IMG/VR virus record: IMGVR_UViG_3300011338_000268 | Span: 1 to 37,360 of that record | Origin: a virus | Lineage: Duplodnaviria > Caudoviricetes | Direction: 5' to 3' (one strand) | Length of the DNA stretch: 37,360 nucleotides | Shown here: piece after piece, positions 16,066 through 23,766 of the stretch | How the letters are laid out: every line of letters begins with the position of its first letter | How positions within the stretch are numbered: position 1 is the first letter of the stretch | Notes under the pieces: generated by a model | What the model saw: the letters and a program-made list of their open reading frames with translations, nothing else | Database searches by the model: none | What the model was told of the DNA's origin: nothing | Translations under genes and position numbers: made by a program

Positions 16066-17868
16066 ATGACATATGACCTGATCACCGACAAAGCCGCTCT
16101 GTGGCGCGCTCTGACGCTGTGCCATACCGCGACCGCGCTCGACTTCGAGACGACCTCGCTGCGCCCGATAGACGGCCGCGTGCGGCTCGCCCAGCTGCGG
16201 AACGAAAAGCTGCGCTGCATCATCGACTTTGACCAGATCCCCGGCGGCTTCGCGGGCTGCGCGAAACTGTTCGAACAGCGTGGCCCTTGGGTCGTGTTCA
16301 ATTCTGGCTTCGAAATGCGCTGGTTCGTCGCTGCCAATGCCCGCCCCGATATTGTCGACGTCGGGCATCTGCGCCGGGCGCGCATGGGCGGGGGCCGCTT
16401 CTCGCTCGCTGATATGGTGCTCTGGGATCTGGAACAGAAGCTCGCCAAAGACGAGCAAGTTTCGAACTGGGCCGCGCCCGAACTCTCGCAGCAGCAATTC
16501 GAATATGCGATCCGCGACGCTGATGTCACGTTTGAACTCTGGGAGCATTGGGAGGCCAAGACCACCGCAGCGCATGATCGCGCGGCGCAGATCCTCGACG
16601 ATATGACCCTAGGTGTCATTGAGATGGAAGAAGCCGGAATGTTGCTTGATCGGCGCGCGCATCGCGATCTAGTGGCGCGCTGGGAACAGATCCGCGACGA
16701 GCTCGCGGCGCAAGTGCGCGCGCTGATCCCCGAAACGGATGTCATGAACCTCAATTCGAACCCGCAGTTCTCCGATTATTTCGCGCGGATCTTCCCTGAT
16801 CGCGTGCTGGCAGTCTGGCCGAAAACCGAAAAGACGAACCAGCTAGAGATTTCCGGCGATGCGCTGTCGAAGATGGCGGGGCTGTTCCCCGGCACGCCGA
16901 TCGAGGCGGCGCTCGACGCCCTGTCGCGATACCGCAAAATCCAAAAATATATCTCCAGTTTTGGGCAGACTGTGATCGATACCGCGACCAGATCGCCAGA
17001 CGGGCGCGTGCGCGCGCGGTTCAACGTCGGAGCGGCGCGCACCTGTCGGTTCTCCAGTTCCAGCCCAAACTTGCAGCAAGTGCCGCGCGACAAGAAACTG
17101 TTCGCATCTGATGACGATCAGACCCGCGTGCGCAAATCATTCATCGCGCCGCCCGGGTCGTTGTTGGTGTCCTATGACTATTCGGCGATCGAGATGCGCG
17201 TGCTCGCGCTGCTGTCTGGTGATGACCAGTTGCTTGAGGATGTGGTGTTCGGAGATGTGCACTCCGAAGTCGCGGCGGTGATCGCCGGGCATAGGATCGA
17301 CAAGAAGACGCCGGAGGGCAAGAACGCCCGCAGCGCCGCAAAGGGCGTTTCGTTCGGCATCATTTACGGATCCGGCGCGGGCGGGCTGGCGCTCACGATG
17401 CGCACGTCGATGGAGAAGGCGCAGACTTATATCGACTTCTGGGCCGACCGATACAAGCGCGCCTTTGCCTACCGGTTTCAGATGCAGGAGGAGGCGCAGG
17501 CGACCGGCTATTTGACCATGAACGACGGCGGAACGATCTACCTGGGCAAGCGAAACGCTGATCTGCCGAAGTGCGCAAACTATCCCGTCCAGCGCGCCGC
17601 GCTGTCAGTGATGGCGCGGGCGATCACGCGGCACAAGGCGACGCTCGATCGCCTGCGCGGATCTGGCGCGCTCGACCCGCAGCGCACGCTGCTGCTTGCC
17701 ACGATCCACGACGCGCTGATCGATGAGGCGCTGGATACGCAGGCGGAGATCGTCAAGCAGGCGATGGCCGAAGATATGACCGCCGGTTATCTTGATTTTT
17801 TCCCCGGCGCTCCGACGGACAATCTGATCGAAGGCGGCGTCGGGCCGAACTGGGCGGATCTGGGCTGA
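16066..17868 (+). CDS. polA: Family A DNA polymerase with 3'-5' exonuclease
   Basis: ExoI ALDFETT, RFSSSSPNLQQVPR, motif A DYSAIEMR, motif B RSAAKGVSFGIIYG, motif C IHDA. Confidence 0.95.
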   Translation: MTYDLITDKAALWRALTLCHTATALDFETTSLRPIDGRVRLAQLRNEKLRCIIDFDQIPGGFAGCAKLFEQRGPWVVFNSGFEMRWFVAANARPDIVDVGHLRRARMGGGRFSLADMVLWDLEQKLAKDEQVSNWAAPELSQQQFEYAIRDADVTFELWEHWEAKTTAAHDRAAQILDDMTLGVIEMEEAGMLLDRRAHRDLVARWEQIRDELAAQVRALIPETDVMNLNSNPQFSDYFARIFPDRVLAVWPKTEKTNQLEISGDALSKMAGLFPGTPIEAALDALSRYRKIQKYISSFGQTVIDTATRSPDGRVRARFNVGAARTCRFSSSSPNLQQVPRDKKLFASDDDQTRVRKSFIAPPGSLLVSYDYSAIEMRVLALLSGDDQLLEDVVFGDVHSEVAAVIAGHRIDKKTPEGKNARSAAKGVSFGIIYGSGAGGLALTMRTSMEKAQTYIDFWADRYKRAFAYRFQMQEEAQATGYLTMNDGGTIYLGKRNADLPKCANYPVQRAALSVMARAITRHKATLDRLRGSGALDPQRTLLLATIHDALIDEALDTQAEIVKQAMAEDMTAGYLDFFPGAPTDNLIEGGVGPNWADLG

Positions 17869-17876
17869 TTATTTTT

Positions 17877-17915
17877 AAGACCGGTCTTGACGCCGCTTGC
17901 GACCGGTCTTATATA
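17877..17915 (+). promoter_or_regulatory. Strong sigma70-like early promoter overlapped by two GACCGGTC operators
   Basis: TTGACG(17887)-N17-TATATA(17910). AAGACCGGTCTT at 17877-17888 and GACCGGTCTT at 17901-17910. Confidence 0.75.
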
Positions 17916-17950
17916 GGTGATACGAAACGACGCAACGAAGGAACTCGCAG

Positions 17951-18133
17951 ATGATGCTCACGATCAACAAACCCCACAAAATCTTTAACTCGGTAGACGA
18001 CGCCGCCGCTGCTATTGTTTTGATGGGTTTTGAAGACGGCGAGACCCGCATCAGCGTTGACCCCAAGGGCTCGGGCCGCTGCTTTGTCGAAGTCCTTGAT
18101 TTGGATGACGGCGAAGTGATCGGCCGCATCTAA
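17951..18133 (+). CDS. Hypothetical early protein (60 aa)
   Basis: SD AAGGA. First ORF after the promoter. Confidence 0.7.
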   Translation: MMLTINKPHKIFNSVDDAAAAIVLMGFEDGETRISVDPKGSGRCFVEVLDLDDGEVIGRI

Positions 18134-18155
18134 ACCAAAACCACGGAGACCTGCC

Positions 18156-18617
18156 ATGACCAGCCATTTCGAACCAGACCACATCCCAGAACCCGTGCCG
18201 GGCGCGCTTGCTTCGGCGAACGACGCGCTGCGTTTCATGTTTGGCGGAAACGCCACCTTCACGATCCGCAGCGAAAAGACCAGCACGCGATACACCTACA
18301 AGATCCGCCAGCAAAACGAAGGCGCGCCGTTTTTCGTTTCGGTGCTGCGCGGATCCAATAATGATCGCGACTATCAATATATCGGCTGCATTTTTGGCGA
18401 TGATCGCGGCACGCTCAAAGCTGGGGCCAAGGGTATGATCGGCGCGCCCAGCTTCAAAGCATTGTCTTGGACGCTGGCGCAGCTGGCCGCGCACGCGCGG
18501 ATCCCGGATAAGCTGTCGATCTTTCACGATGGCCGCTGCTGCGCCTGCGGCCGCAAACTGACGACACCCGAAAGCGTGATCTCTGGCATTGGGCCAGAGT
18601 GCGCGAAAAAAGCATAA
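18156..18617 (+). CDS. DUF6011-like zinc-finger protein
   Basis: C-terminal GRCCACGRKLTTPESVISGIGPECAKK. Confidence 0.8.
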   Translation: MTSHFEPDHIPEPVPGALASANDALRFMFGGNATFTIRSEKTSTRYTYKIRQQNEGAPFFVSVLRGSNNDRDYQYIGCIFGDDRGTLKAGAKGMIGAPSFKALSWTLAQLAAHARIPDKLSIFHDGRCCACGRKLTTPESVISGIGPECAKKA

Positions 18618-18628
18618 GGGGACCTGCC

Positions 18629-19243
18629 ATGACTGACTTTTCTATCGCACTAAACGCCGGCATTTTGCGCGCTGCGCTGATCTGCACAAGCGACGAGGAG
18701 ACGCGCTATTATTTGCAAGGCGTCAGCATTGAGCCGAACCCGCGCGACCTGCGCGTCGTCAGCACCGACGGCCATCGGCTGTTCTGCGCGCGCGTCGATG
18801 TCGTGGTTGATGTCGATAAGTTCCTGATCCCCAAAGACGCGCTGGCGCGGGCGCTGAAGGGGTATAAGCACAGCGTCCTTTACATATCCCGCGAGGGCAA
18901 TCTGTGGCGCGCTGGCGACGTTGTTTTCACGCCCATTGACGGCGTCTTCCCCGACAACTGGCCGCGCATAATTCCACAAGACCCGCCGGCGACGCTGACT
19001 GCCGCGCAGTTTAACCCCGCGTATCTGGCCGATATGAAAAAGGTCGCGGAAGCATTGGACGGAAAAGGTTCGGTTGCATCCGTTTATGCTGACGGCGAAA
19101 ACCCCGCGCTGGTGACTTTTGGCGCGCGCGAAGACTGCTGCGCAGTGGTCATGCCAATGCGCAACAAAGCATTCAATCTGCTAGAGCCGCAGGCGCGGCG
19201 CTCGCTCGTCCATTCCCTGATCACCATCCCCACCACCGCATAA
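18629..19243 (+). CDS. Truncated DNA polymerase III beta-clamp-like protein (204 aa)
   Basis: SDEETRYYLQGV, VSTDGHRL, IDGVFP, FNPAYLAD and VVMPMR motifs. Confidence 0.8.
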   Translation: MTDFSIALNAGILRAALICTSDEETRYYLQGVSIEPNPRDLRVVSTDGHRLFCARVDVVVDVDKFLIPKDALARALKGYKHSVLYISREGNLWRAGDVVFTPIDGVFPDNWPRIIPQDPPATLTAAQFNPAYLADMKKVAEALDGKGSVASVYADGENPALVTFGAREDCCAVVMPMRNKAFNLLEPQARRSLVHSLITIPTTA

Positions 19244-19254
19244 GGAGACCTGCC

Positions 19255-19374
19255 ATGCTGAAAGAAATCCGCCGCACCTTTTCCACGCTGACCCTCGCCG
19301 AGATCGCGGAGGCGATCCTTGGCGCGGCGTGCCTCTGCGCGCTGCTCGTCTTGTTCTTAATCGTCACGCCATAA
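19255..19374 (+). CDS. Small membrane protein (39 aa)
   Basis: TAAGGAGACCTGCC-ATG start. MLKEIRRTFSTLTLAEIAEAILGAACLCALLVLFLIVTP. Confidence 0.65.
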   Translation: MLKEIRRTFSTLTLAEIAEAILGAACLCALLVLFLIVTP

Positions 19375-19385
19375 GGAGACCCAAA

Positions 19386-19724
19386 ATGCAAGTTCCACTG
19401 TCCTACCATCTGCCCGCCATGTTCGGATCCGCCGCAGAGCGCGCCGCGCTATTCGACGACATCAGCGCGCGCGGGATCCTCGAAACGTCCGACCTGACCG
19501 ACTTTGTATCCATGACCGCGCGCGTGATCGAAGACGCTGAAACGCGCGCCGAAGCTGCGCGCGCGGAAGCGCGGCACGGCTTCAGGTCTTCGATGTCCGC
19601 CGCAGAACTCGCTTCCGTCGAGGCGAAAATCACGGCGGCGTTCGACGAATTGATTTGCCGGCATCCGAAACTGTCGGATGAATTGCGCGACACCTGCCTG
19701 CTTTTGATCTTGGAGGTGCGCTGA
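19386..19724 (+). CDS. Hypothetical protein (112 aa, helical)
   Basis: SD AAGGAG before ATG 19386. Confidence 0.7.
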   Translation: MQVPLSYHLPAMFGSAAERAALFDDISARGILETSDLTDFVSMTARVIEDAETRAEAARAEARHGFRSSMSAAELASVEAKITAAFDELICRHPKLSDELRDTCLLLILEVR

Positions 19725-19903
19725 TGGAAGACGCAGTCAATGAGCGCCGCCGCAAAGCCCGGGAGCGCAAGCGCGCCGAGCGCGCCCAGTTCGCAGATCG
19801 CGGGCTGGCGCGGGTGGAGGTCGTCGTCCCGGCGACCAAATCCGACCAGATCCGCGCGCTGGCGGAAATGTTGAACGAACCGAAACCAGAAGGGGGCGAA
19901 TGA
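19724..19903 (+). CDS. Small basic protein, ribbon-helix-helix-like DNA binder (59 aa)
   Basis: SD GGAGG. MEDAVNERRRKARERKRAERAQFADRGLARVEVVVPATKSDQIRALAEMLNE: basic helix, G+.RVEV.VP strand, helix. Confidence 0.65.
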   Translation: MEDAVNERRRKARERKRAERAQFADRGLARVEVVVPATKSDQIRALAEMLNEPKPEGGE

Positions 19904-20079
19904 TGAGTGTCGAAAAGATCGCCGAAGACATCACCTTGCGCGCGACGCTGCTTCGCATCAAGCGCAAGGCGGACATCATGGCGCTGGACGCGCCGCGCGG
20001 GACGCTTGCCGCGCAGAACGCTGTCGAATTTCAGTTGCTCGCGGGTATCGCCCTGCGCTGCATTGGGGGCGAGAAATGA
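19903..20079 (+). CDS. Hypothetical protein (58 aa)
   Basis: TGATG and ATGA overlaps with its neighbours. MSVEKIAEDITLRATLLRIKRKAD... Confidence 0.6.
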   Translation: MSVEKIAEDITLRATLLRIKRKADIMALDAPRGTLAAQNAVEFQLLAGIALRCIGGEK

Positions 20080-20291
20080 CCCAAGACGACACCGCAAGCC
20101 GCCGCCGCAAGCACATGGCGGTGATGGACGATAAACGAAAGATCGAAGACCTAGAGGCCAAGCTGGCCAAGGCCGTGGATGTTATTAAGCACCTAATCAA
20201 TATTGCACCAGAAGGTGATGAGGATGAGTGGCACATTGCTCTGGATGACGCCGCTGAAGCGTTGGCCAAAATCAAAGGAAAAACAAAATGA
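20076..20291 (+). CDS. Hypothetical protein (71 aa, coiled coil)
   Basis: ATGA-coupled. KIEDLEAKLAKAV heptads. Confidence 0.6.
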   Translation: MTQDDTASRRRKHMAVMDDKRKIEDLEAKLAKAVDVIKHLINIAPEGDEDEWHIALDDAAEALAKIKGKTK

Positions 20292-20512
20292 GCATTCCAA
20301 CATGGACAATCATGGCCCTGTCACTTGGCGGGCCGTTCGAAGGGGATCCTCCGCTGACGGCTCTAATCTTTCCGTCCTATGAGGCGTGCAGCGCGAGCAT
20401 CAACACGCTGCGTGACGTGTTCGAAGCGCAGGGGCTGGACGTGGTGGGCGTGCACTGCAAGGGCACGAGCGCGCCAAGCGCGTCGCCTTTTCCGAAGGCG
20501 CGGCCAAAGTGA
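20288..20512 (+). CDS. Hypothetical protein (74 aa)
   Basis: SD AAGGA, ATGA-coupled. FPSYEAC...C pattern. Confidence 0.6.
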   Translation: MSIPTWTIMALSLGGPFEGDPPLTALIFPSYEACSASINTLRDVFEAQGLDVVGVHCKGTSAPSASPFPKARPK

Positions 20513-20694
20513 GGGTGAGCAAGCAGAAGATGCCGCCGGGCGGATCCGACAGCGACACGCCCAGCATGTATGCCGTTCGGGATGCGATCAGCGCGCCGCG
20601 CAAGAAAATCGAGGTTTCGGTGATGTCCGCGCATACAATGGAGCGGCGCGTCGCAATCGTCACAGTGCCGCGCGCGCCTTGGGATCGCGACTAA
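20509..20694 (+). CDS. Hypothetical protein (61 aa)
   Basis: GTGA-coupled. Ends just before the terminator. Confidence 0.5.
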   Translation: MRVSKQKMPPGGSDSDTPSMYAVRDAISAPRKKIEVSVMSAHTMERRVAIVTVPRAPWDRD

Positions 20695-20695
20695 T

Positions 20696-20721
20696 AAGAC
20701 GCCCGCCTTGCGCGGGCGTTT
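20696..20721. terminator. Probable bidirectional terminator between the convergent early and late arms
   Basis: GACGCCCGC-CTTGC-GCGGGCGTT with short A/T flanks. Confidence 0.65.
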
Positions 20722-20917
20722 ACCAATCAGCGAACGCCGCAAGCTGCGCCAGTAGGGCGAGGCCCGTCTCGCGCGCCGCAGGCATACTTGAGCCTGCCAG
20801 CGCGTCCGCGTGATCCGCTGCGGCTGGCTTTAGCCGATCAATCGCGGAGTTGGTCTGCCATTTCGCGCAACCGCTTAATGCGCTCGCCATCAGTAGCACC
20901 GCCGCCAGTGTCCGCAT
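20720..20917 (-). CDS. Outer-membrane spanin (Rz1-like lipoprotein)
   Basis: MRTLAAVLLMASALSGC lipobox. Overlaps the i-spanin gene in another frame. Confidence 0.75.
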   Translation of the reverse strand: MRTLAAVLLMASALSGCAKWQTNSAIDRLKPAAADHADALAGSSMPAARETGLALLAQLAAFADW

Positions 20918-21065
20918 CGTTGATCCGTTCATGTGCGTCAATCTCCGCTTTGAGTTTCTGGGTTTCTGCCCGGGCCGCGCTGTCGCCGCGCCCTTTCAAA
21001 TAAGCCGCGACGAACGCTGCGATCAGCGCACCCAGCGCGGCGAGCCAGAGTTTGAACCGCATCAT
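20838..21065 (-). CDS. Inner-membrane spanin (Rz-like)
   Basis: N-terminal TM helix followed by a charged helical domain. Follows the endolysin. Confidence 0.75.
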   Translation of the reverse strand: MMRFKLWLAALGALIAAFVAAYLKGRGDSAARAETQKLKAEIDAHERINDADTGGGATDGERIKRLREMADQLRD

Positions 21066-21688
21066 CAGCGATCCCCGTCAGCCCAGCTGCGCAGGCGCTG
21101 GCGCAAGATCCACATTGCCGACAGCATGACGATGCCCGCAAACACGATAGCCACGATCTGCGCGTGCCCGTCGAGCGCAGCGACGGCGGCGACGCCCGCG
21201 CCCGCGCCCGATACGATCTGCACGGCAGATGCCTGTACGGTACTGGACTGCGCGGCGCTGCTGCGTTCTTCTGGCGGTTTGGCTTTTGTCTCCCATTCGC
21301 CTGCGGGATATACGTTCCGGTCAAGTTCGAAATGCGGCCCGTCTCTGAATTTCTTCCAATCGCCGCCCCAAACAATCGCCACGCCCTCTGCGTCCGCTGC
21401 CGCTTTCACGGCGGGCCCAAGCTGATCATACAAGGGCCAATCAAACGCGCCCTTCCCATTGGGGCCGATGGGCAGCAGATCGACTGCGTGACCCGTCAGG
21501 TGGCGGCTGTTCATGGTCTGGGATGCGCCGCTGGCGACAAGCTGCTTTTGCCGCTCAAGGGTGCGCAGCCCCTCGATCACAGAGAAGTCGAGCGGGCTGT
21601 CTTGCAGCGCGCGATCAAGCGCGCGCCGCAGATCCGGGTGAATGCCGACCATGTTCTTTAGACTGCGTGATCCAAATTTGCGTGTCAT
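21065..21688 (-). CDS. Endolysin, M15 (L-Ala-D-Glu type) peptidase with a hydrophobic C-terminus
   Basis: EGLRTLERQ, SRHLTGHAVD, WGGDW and DGPHFEL motifs. C-terminal hydrophobic segments. Confidence 0.9.
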   Translation of the reverse strand: MTRKFGSRSLKNMVGIHPDLRRALDRALQDSPLDFSVIEGLRTLERQKQLVASGASQTMNSRHLTGHAVDLLPIGPNGKGAFDWPLYDQLGPAVKAAADAEGVAIVWGGDWKKFRDGPHFELDRNVYPAGEWETKAKPPEERSSAAQSSTVQASAVQIVSGAGAGVAAVAALDGHAQIVAIVFAGIVMLSAMWILRQRLRSWADGDR

Positions 21689-21915
21689 TTTCCCACCTTT
21701 GAAATCAGAGCTTTGATGTCGTCGCGGATCTCCGCGAGCATACTGTTTGTCTCGCTGCGCGAACGTTGCGCCGCGTCCATATCTTCGCGCCGCTGGTTCC
21801 AGAGCCGCTTGATCTCTTTGGTGTTCTCCGCGCTGCCCGCCTCAAGGCGAACCAGCCAGACCACCACTGCAACGAAGCTGGCGGCGATAGGCCAGTATTT
21901 GATGATCCCTTCCAT
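21685..21915 (-). CDS. Putative holin/antiholin-like membrane protein (76 aa)
   Basis: One N-terminal TM helix plus a coiled coil. ATGA-coupled to the endolysin. Confidence 0.55.
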   Translation of the reverse strand: MEGIIKYWPIAASFVAVVVWLVRLEAGSAENTKEIKRLWNQRREDMDAAQRSRSETNSMLAEIRDDIKALISKVGK

Positions 21916-21925
21916 CGTCGGCTCC

Positions 21926-22243
21926 TCACTTCACTGGGTATGGATAGCGCGCCTTGATCTCGTCGACCTTAGCCAGCCATTCGGCTTTGGTTGCATCGTC
22001 CCGTAGCATTTGCATGGCGAGGGGGTCAGCTTCGGCGGCGTAGGCCCGTTGGCGATTTGCCTCTTGTTCGGCGCGCGTGGGCGGCGGTTCTGGCGCTTTG
22101 GATGGGGGCGCAAAATCCACCCCATCAAAATACCATCCGATTTGCGCGGTGTCGTGCTCCTGCCACCCGTCAGGCGCGGCGTCCAAATCGTCATCAGTTG
22201 CAAAATTGACAACAAGGTTGTCCTGAACCTGAATAAATCTCAT
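21926..22243 (-). CDS. Putative tail fibre assembly protein
   Basis: AQIGWYFDG, RQRAYAAEADPL and IKARYPYP. Follows the fibre gene. Confidence 0.6.
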   Translation of the reverse strand: MRFIQVQDNLVVNFATDDDLDAAPDGWQEHDTAQIGWYFDGVDFAPPSKAPEPPPTRAEQEANRQRAYAAEADPLAMQMLRDDATKAEWLAKVDEIKARYPYPVK

Positions 22244-23766
22244 GCCAATTCCTCCACGATGATTAGACCCGCGCCGCCAGCGCCGCCCGCTACGTTATCG
22301 GCCACGGCAATAGAAGTCGCGCCCCCGCCACCTGCATTAAACCCAGTTGCGGCTGCGCCTGCTGCGCTACCAGAGCTGCCCACGCCGCCGCCTCTCCCCA
22401 TACCCCCATAAACACTAGGCCCGCCATTTCCAACTGATCCGGGCTGAATACTGGTAAACCCATCAGTGCCAGAGGCTCCCGACACATTTAAGTCCCCTCC
22501 AGTTGCCGTTCCGCCCGCGCCGCCTGCCCCACGAGCGCCAGAACCAGCCACGCCCGTTCTGCCAGCGCCGCCCCCGCCACCAGTTGCAGATAAAGAAACG
22601 CCTGTCCCAGAAAATGTAGTCGTGCCGCCCGCAGCGCCGGCATTATCCCCCGCCGCGCCGCCTGCTCCACCAGTAGAACTAACTGTGTAGGTATAAGATG
22701 CCGCTACGGATGAAATAAATTCGTATGCAACACCCCCCGCACCGCCGCCACCAGCAGCCCCGCCCGTTCCAGCGCCTTGACCATCAACACCGCCGCCACC
22801 ACCGCCTCCGCCCACGCAAGTTACGCGGATGGCTTTTGTGCCTGCAGTCGGAGTATAGGTGGCCGCTGTGCCCGTTGTCAGGTAAACCACATTTCGCAGC
22901 GAATAAAGTTCACCGATGCTGTTTTTGACGCTGCCAGCCACTTCAAGTTTAGCTGTGGGGTTGTTAGTCGTTCCAATACCTACGTTGCCTGCGTTGGTAA
23001 TGCGCATAGCTTCACTTGCTAGTTTTATGTTTGTGGATGCGTCTCCATATAGAAAGGCTAAAGCATTTCCGTCTCCGTATAGCTGGAAGTCTGTAGCTGA
23101 GCTACCAGATGTATCCTCAAAAACAATGTTTGGCCTAAGTGACGACAGTAGTAGCTGATAATCATCTGCTAATATGATGGATGTAAGGTCAAGACTTGCT
23201 CGAGGGCTGGCCGTGCCGATACCTACGCCCCCATCGCCCTTAGGCGTCAGCGCGATTGATATGTTCGTATCGGATCCTACCGCCGATAGATTGACCGCGC
23301 CGCCTGTTGCCGCGTTCGCAATGTCGATCTGATTGACCGCGCTCGCCGTCGTCGTGAATGAAACCAGTTCGTTGCTGTTGTTGTCTGTGATCGTAGGCGA
23401 TGCAAGGTTGAATTGGATCCCGGTCGAACGGGTAGTGAAGATGTTTGTGCTGGCGATCACATGGCGGATCTGCGCGCTGGTCGTGGATGTGATATAGCTC
23501 GTCTCCGCAGGATCGACTGCGACCCGCGCCACGTTGTTCGTCGCGTCGATGATCGCGACAGTGATCGACTGCGCGCCGTCATAGAGTTTGACCTCATAGT
23601 TCGCCGATGTCGTGTCGACCCACATCATCCCTGCCGTGATATAGCTGGGCGCGGCTGATCCGCTGTGCATTGAGTTGACCGCGTTGCGGTAAGAGTTCAG
23701 ATCCGAAGCGAGCGCGGTTCCGCTCTTGGTGTTCGGGTCGATCGTGCCGAAATCATATTGAGCCAT
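22240..23766 (-). CDS. Tail fibre / receptor-binding protein with a glycine-rich C-terminal domain
   Basis: G(N/G)VGIGT repeats, VGGGGGGG...GGAGGAGLIIVEE. Follows the tail tip gene. Confidence 0.8.
   Translation of the reverse strand: MAQYDFGTIDPNTKSGTALASDLNSYRNAVNSMHSGSAAPSYITAGMMWVDTTSANYEVKLYDGAQSITVAIIDATNNVARVAVDPAETSYITSTTSAQIRHVIASTNIFTTRSTGIQFNLASPTITDNNSNELVSFTTTASAVNQIDIANAATGGAVNLSAVGSDTNISIALTPKGDGGVGIGTASPRASLDLTSIILADDYQLLLSSLRPNIVFEDTSGSSATDFQLYGDGNALAFLYGDASTNIKLASEAMRITNAGNVGIGTTNNPTAKLEVAGSVKNSIGELYSLRNVVYLTTGTAATYTPTAGTKAIRVTCVGGGGGGGGVDGQGAGTGGAAGGGGAGGVAYEFISSVAASYTYTVSSTGGAGGAAGDNAGAAGGTTTFSGTGVSLSATGGGGGAGRTGVAGSGARGAGGAGGTATGGDLNVSGASGTDGFTSIQPGSVGNGGPSVYGGMGRGGGVGSSGSAAGAAATGFNAGGGGATSIAVADNVAGGAGGAGLIIVEELA

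Noticed and set aside
22260-22820. Collagen-like or tandem DNA repeat in the fibre gene
   Set aside because: It is a Gly-rich domain without Gly-X-Y periodicity or a nucleotide-level repeat unit.
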